This document shows, piece after piece, positions 7,225 through 11,238 of a stretch of 11,238 bases of DNA. Source of the DNA: a virus (taxonomy: Duplodnaviria; Heunggongvirae; Uroviricota; Caudoviricetes). The notes under the pieces were generated by a model. The model made no database searches. It saw only the letters and a list, made by a program, of their open reading frames with translations, and had not been told where the DNA came from. Numbering within the stretch: position 1 is the first letter of the stretch; each line of letters begins with the position of its first letter. The stretch is taken from IMG/VR virus record IMGVR_UViG_2531839178_000011, positions 1 through 11,238 of that record. One strand, written 5' to 3'. The position numbers and the translations under genes are program-made.

Positions 7225-8953
7225 CCGTCTCAGCACGGAAATCATGATCAACCTTGCCGGGAACCTGACCGCCAAAGCCCGGCAGTACGGTGCAAACATG
7301 TCGCAGTTCGCCCGGAACAACCAGAAGGCCATGCGCCTGGTCAAAGCCACAACGGAGGCTGCCGGGCGCAGTCTGGATGCGCTTGGCAACCGCTACACGG
7401 CGATGATTGCCGGGTTCGGTGGTGGTATGACCCTTAAAGGCCTGACAGATTTTGATGCGCAAATCCGCCGTGCGGGTACAAATGCAAAACTGACCGATGA
7501 GCAGGTATCCCGTTTAAGAAAAAACATCCGGGAAACCGCCAGAATGTCAGACATTCGCCTCAGTGCCCAGGTCTTACTGGAAGGCCAGGATGCACTGTAT
7601 GGCCTGACCGGTAAGCCGGAATTTGTTGAAAAAAACATCCGCAATCAGGGGCTGGCCACGCAGGCATTCGGGACTGCGCCACAGGATGCCGCGGCACTGA
7701 TGGCACAGATGTCCGAAAAACAGATTGAAGCGCCTCAGGAGGTTGAAGGCATGTTCGACCGCTTCTACCACCAGTTTTCCATTGGTTCGGTTGGTGTGGA
7801 TCAACTGGCGCGTGTATCAGCAAAACTGTTTTCGATTTATACCGGTGGTGGCAAAGAGGCGATGGCCCAGTTGGGGGCACTTGAACAGATGCTGGCAAAA
7901 ACAACCGGCTCTGCGGATGAAGCGGTGACCGCGCTGAACAGTATCTGGAGTGAAGTCACCCGAAAAGACAATATCAAGTTTCTGAAAAGAAACGGGGTTG
8001 ATGTGCTTGATCCTGTCACAGGAAAACCCCGTCTGCCTTATGACGTAATCAGAGACGTTGTCAGGCGGGCAAAATTTAATGAGCAGAACTTGCAGGATGT
8101 TTTCGGGGATACTTCCATGCGTGGATTAAGGGCACTGCTCAGTGAAGACGCCCTTCAGCTAACAGAAAAAATGATTTACGCCCCGGTTGAATCCGGTGCC
8201 ATGAGAAAAGCTGCGGAGAAAAACGCCCGGAGTTTTCAGTCTGCGATGCAGTCCCTGAAGAATGAATATGAGGTTTTTGCTGAAAAAAATCTGGCAAAAC
8301 CCGTTCAGGACCTGGCGGATGCCATCAACAGCGTGGACCAGAACTGGTTGCAGGTCGGTAAATATATGGCAATTGCGCTGGGTGGCATTATCGCCGTACG
8401 TAAGACGTACAAGCTCGGTAAAACCATCCACGACATCATGAATCCCAAAGGGAAAGGCAAAGGGATACCCGGCAGCGTGGCAGACGGCAACCCCGGCTTT
8501 GCCATCGGGCTGTCACCGGATTATCAGCCGGTATCTGACAGCCTGCAAAAGAACATTGACGACTTCCGCCAAGTGGTTGTGCTGGGAGCCCTGCTGGGAC
8601 AGGCCAGTGCCGTGGCCTCGATGACGTTCGATACCCGTGATGCGGCGTTATCTGCCGGTGACACGCTGGCGGCTGAACTGCATGAGCAGGCGGTGGCGGC
8701 GGTGGAAAACAACCAGCGGACATTGTGGCGAACGCTGCGCGATTTACGGCAGGCCGTGATTACGGATGCCCGCGAGCGTGCCGCCCGTCTGCCGGAAACC
8801 CGGCAGGTGACGCTGACCACAACCACCTCTGCCGCATTGCTGGCATGGCGCGAGCATGGTGACACACGCCGACGGGATGAAATCGTGCAGCGTAACCGCC
8901 TGCGTCATCCGTCATTCATCCTGCCGACGCAACCTGTGGAGATCACCGACTGA
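7211..8953 (+). CDS. Phage tail tape measure protein
   Basis: 580 aa, the largest ORF, immediately after the chaperone/frameshift region. It is helical and Ala/Gln/Leu-rich with a hydrophobic segment (YMAIALGGIIAVRKTYKLG). Shine-Dalgarno GGAGAAACA before the ATG; its stop overlaps the next start (TGATG). Confidence 0.8.
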   Translation: MATGNRLSTEIMINLAGNLTAKARQYGANMSQFARNNQKAMRLVKATTEAAGRSLDALGNRYTAMIAGFGGGMTLKGLTDFDAQIRRAGTNAKLTDEQVSRLRKNIRETARMSDIRLSAQVLLEGQDALYGLTGKPEFVEKNIRNQGLATQAFGTAPQDAAALMAQMSEKQIEAPQEVEGMFDRFYHQFSIGSVGVDQLARVSAKLFSIYTGGGKEAMAQLGALEQMLAKTTGSADEAVTALNSIWSEVTRKDNIKFLKRNGVDVLDPVTGKPRLPYDVIRDVVRRAKFNEQNLQDVFGDTSMRGLRALLSEDALQLTEKMIYAPVESGAMRKAAEKNARSFQSAMQSLKNEYEVFAEKNLAKPVQDLADAINSVDQNWLQVGKYMAIALGGIIAVRKTYKLGKTIHDIMNPKGKGKGIPGSVADGNPGFAIGLSPDYQPVSDSLQKNIDDFRQVVVLGALLGQASAVASMTFDTRDAALSAGDTLAAELHEQAVAAVENNQRTLWRTLRDLRQAVITDARERAARLPETRQVTLTTTTSAALLAWREHGDTRRRDEIVQRNRLRHPSFILPTQPVEITD

Positions 8954-10055
8954 TGGAATCCGTGATTCTTACCGTTGACGGCAAACTGTGGGAAGGCTGG
9001 ACGGAAATGTCCGTCAGCCGTTCCCTGAAGGCGATTGCCGGTGAGTTTGAACTCAGTGTGACAACCCGCTGGTCAGCGGCGGCACCGCGCGTGATTCGTG
9101 AGGGGCAACCCTGCACGGTCAGGCTGGGCGCGGATACCGTGCTGACGGGGTATATCGATGATTTTATTCCCGGCTATGAGGCTGAAAACGTGGAGATTCG
9201 CGTCATGGGGCGCGATAAAACCGGCGACCTGGTGGACTGCTCTGTGGTGCATTCGTCCGGGAAATGGAAAGGCGTGCGGCTTGAACAGGTGGCGGCTGAT
9301 GTCTGCCGCCCGTTCGGGATAACCGTCATCACGGAAACCCCGACCGGGGAGGCATTTGCGTCTGTCGTTCTGGAACAGGGTGAAACGGGCTTTGAACTGC
9401 TCGACCGGCTGGCAAAACAGCGCGGCGTTCTGCTGACGTCTGACGGCGCGGGTAACCTGATTATCACCCGCGCCTCTTCCGTTCGCGCGGGCGTGTCACT
9501 GGTGCTGGGAAAAATATCCTCGCCGCCCGTGGGCGCTTCAGCTGGCGGGAGCGTAACAGCCAGTACATCATCAAGGGCACCACCAGTGCCCGTGGCAAAC
9601 TGTGGGACAGCCAGCCTGCCCCGATGGTGGGCGGTCGCCAGTACATCACCGAAGCCCCGGAAATTAACCGTTACCGCCCGCGCATTCTGGTCAATGAAGA
9701 CAGCCTGACCGTGGGCGGGGCCAGCATTCGCGGGGAATGGTACAAAGCCCGGATGCTGGGAGAGTCCCGCACGACGGAAATCACGGTGGCAGGCTGGCGC
9801 GAACAGGGCGACAGCGGCCCGCTGTGGCAGACCAACCGCCTTGTCGATATCGACGACAGCATTCAGAACCTGAAAACCACCTGGCTGATATCCGGGGTGA
9901 CATGGACGGATGGCGCACAGGGGAGGATGACGGTTCTGGCGCTGGTTCCGCCTGAATCACTGGACATGCCGGAAATGAAAGCGAAGACGAAAAAACAAAG
10001 GCGGTGGCCACATGGGATTAAACGCAATTGCCCGCCGCCTGCGACTGATGGTTGA
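8953..10055 (+). pseudogene. Phage baseplate hub / tail protein D (P2 gpD / Mu P-like), reading frame broken at an A5 run
   Basis: Frame 1 (8953 to about 9510) and frame 3 (open from 9456 to 10055) join into one protein of about 367 aa (...ITRASSVRAGVSLVLGK/NILAARGRFSWRERNSQYIIKG...). The junction is the A5 run at 9510-9514; one more A restores the frame. This may be a real mutation or a homopolymer sequence error. Confidence 0.8.
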
Positions 10056-10548
10056 CCGCGCTGTTGTCCGCCTGGTGTCTGACGGTCTGGCACGGCAGAA
10101 CCTGCAAATTCAGACGCTGGCAGATGCCACCGATGACGACGTGGAACGCTTCCAGAACTACGGGTTTACGTCCGTTCCGCCGGAAGGTTCTGAAGCCATT
10201 GTGATGGCCGTTGGCGGACGGCGTGACGGGCTGGTTGCCATCGCGGTGGAAGACAAGCGATGTCGCCCGAAAGGACTGTCCCCCGGCGATGTCAGGGTGT
10301 ATCACCGGGACGGCAAATCACACATCACCCTGAAGGAAAACGGCGTCATTGAAATCACAGGAGAACAATTAGACTTTTCAGGGAAAACGGTAAATCTCAC
10401 TGCCGACGAACTGCTGAATATTATCGGTAAACAAATGAAATTCGTCGGTCCCTGTGAATTCACTGAAGATGTCAGAATCAAGGGTAAATCATTCAGCGAA
10501 CACATTCATAAGGACGGCGACAATGAGAATACATCACCGCCCGTATGA
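10012..10548 (+). CDS. Phage baseplate assembly protein V / spike-like protein (Mu gp45-like)
   Basis: 178 aa, preceded by AAAGGCGG. Position after the hub gene and size fit the V/spike family. It overlaps the hub ORF's 3' end by 44 nt. Confidence 0.75.
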   Translation: MGLNAIARRLRLMVDRAVVRLVSDGLARQNLQIQTLADATDDDVERFQNYGFTSVPPEGSEAIVMAVGGRRDGLVAIAVEDKRCRPKGLSPGDVRVYHRDGKSHITLKENGVIEITGEQLDFSGKTVNLTADELLNIIGKQMKFVGPCEFTEDVRIKGKSFSEHIHKDGDNENTSPPV

Positions 10549-10997
10549 CGACAGAAATCCGCTGGAATAACATGCTCTCACGGGGTGACATCACCGTCAC
10601 CCATAACGGCCTCTCACGGGATGAGGGGCTGGTCACTCAGGTTCTTATCTGCCTTTTCACCGATGCCCGCGCTGATGACGATGATGTCATTCCTGACGGC
10701 TCCGGCGACCCGCGCGGCTGGCCGGGCGACACGTACAGCGATTTTTCGTGGGGTTCCCGCCTGTGGCTGCTTGAGCGTGAAAAGCTGACGGAAGATGTCC
10801 GCCTGCGCGTGGAAGATTACGCGCGGCTGTCCATGCAGCCGCTTCTGCGTGCCGGTTACGCCCGTAACGCCACCGTCACGGCCAGCATCATCATTCCTGA
10901 CCGTATTGCCTTTCTGGTGGTGTTAACCCGCCCGGACAAAACCACACTCAGAATCGAAATCACCCGTCGATGGGAGGCCACCATTAATGCCGTATGA
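10545..10997 (+). CDS. Mu gp46-like baseplate protein (GP46 / gp25-W-like)
   Basis: 150 aa, ATGA-coupled to the upstream gene, in the position of gp46 in Mu-like baseplate modules. Confidence 0.7.
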   Translation: MTTEIRWNNMLSRGDITVTHNGLSRDEGLVTQVLICLFTDARADDDDVIPDGSGDPRGWPGDTYSDFSWGSRLWLLEREKLTEDVRLRVEDYARLSMQPLLRAGYARNATVTASIIIPDRIAFLVVLTRPDKTTLRIEITRRWEATINAV

Positions 10998-11238
10998 AAT
11001 CCCCACGCTGGGCAAACTGATTGCCGACGGCGAAAAAGATATTGCGTATGAACTCGGCCTGCAAAAGCTGCCGCCTGTCAGTGTTGAGCAGGCGCTGAAC
11101 GTGTCATTCAGCAGTCAGGTCCGGGATTTATACGACCATCAGAGCTGGATTAAGGACCAGATAATCCCGTCCACCACGTCTGATGATGAAACCATTATCA
11201 AAACAGCAAAGTATGAAGGCGTTATCCGCAAGCAGGCC
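10987..11238 (+). CDS. Baseplate J-like protein (Mu gp47-like), 5' part only; continues past the window end
   Basis: ATG at 10987, with frame 1 open for 84 codons to the window edge (MPYEIPTLGKLIADGEKDIAYELGLQKLPPVSVEQALN...). It overlaps the gp46-like stop by 11 nt and sits in the expected position of the J-like baseplate wedge gene. Confidence 0.7.
   Translation, partial: MPYEIPTLGKLIADGEKDIAYELGLQKLPPVSVEQALNVSFSSQVRDLYDHQSWIKDQIIPSTTSDDETIIKTAKYEGVIRKQA

Noticed and set aside
2748-11238. Tail-only module as a functional tailocin or contractile injection system
   Set aside because: The genes, order and small accessory proteins are those of a Mu-like phage tail, the region is cut by an IS, and two essential genes carry frame breaks. 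No effector, toxin or lysis cassette is visible. A domesticated tail particle cannot be supported from this window.

Overview
This window contains two things. Bases 1-2747 are most of an IS66-family insertion sequence: three co-directional genes (tnpA-like, IS66 orf2/tnpB, transposase tnpC) and a terminal sequence CTTCTCGGGGCGCTTAC ending at 2747; the left end lies upstream of the window. Bases 2748-11238 are a tightly packed + strand late-gene block of a Mu-like prophage: a head-region gene fragment whose frame is open right up to the IS end, a gp36-like gene, a virion-morphogenesis/tail-completion gene, gp37-like and gp38-like genes, tail sheath, tail tube, tail assembly chaperone, tape measure, baseplate hub, baseplate V-like, gp46-like and the start of a baseplate J-like gene. 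Four oddities are directly visible: the IS boundary cutting an open frame, a perfect 81-bp in-frame tandem duplication across a gene junction, a frame break in the sheath gene, and a frame break at an A5 run in the hub gene. The chaperone also has an overlapping +1-frame extension that looks like a candidate programmed frameshift. I found no evidence of a novel defence, toxin or other non-phage system; the long minus-strand ORFs are all antisense to well-supported genes and look spurious. All family assignments come from reading the translated ORFs against remembered family signatures; no database search was run, so they are informed inference.
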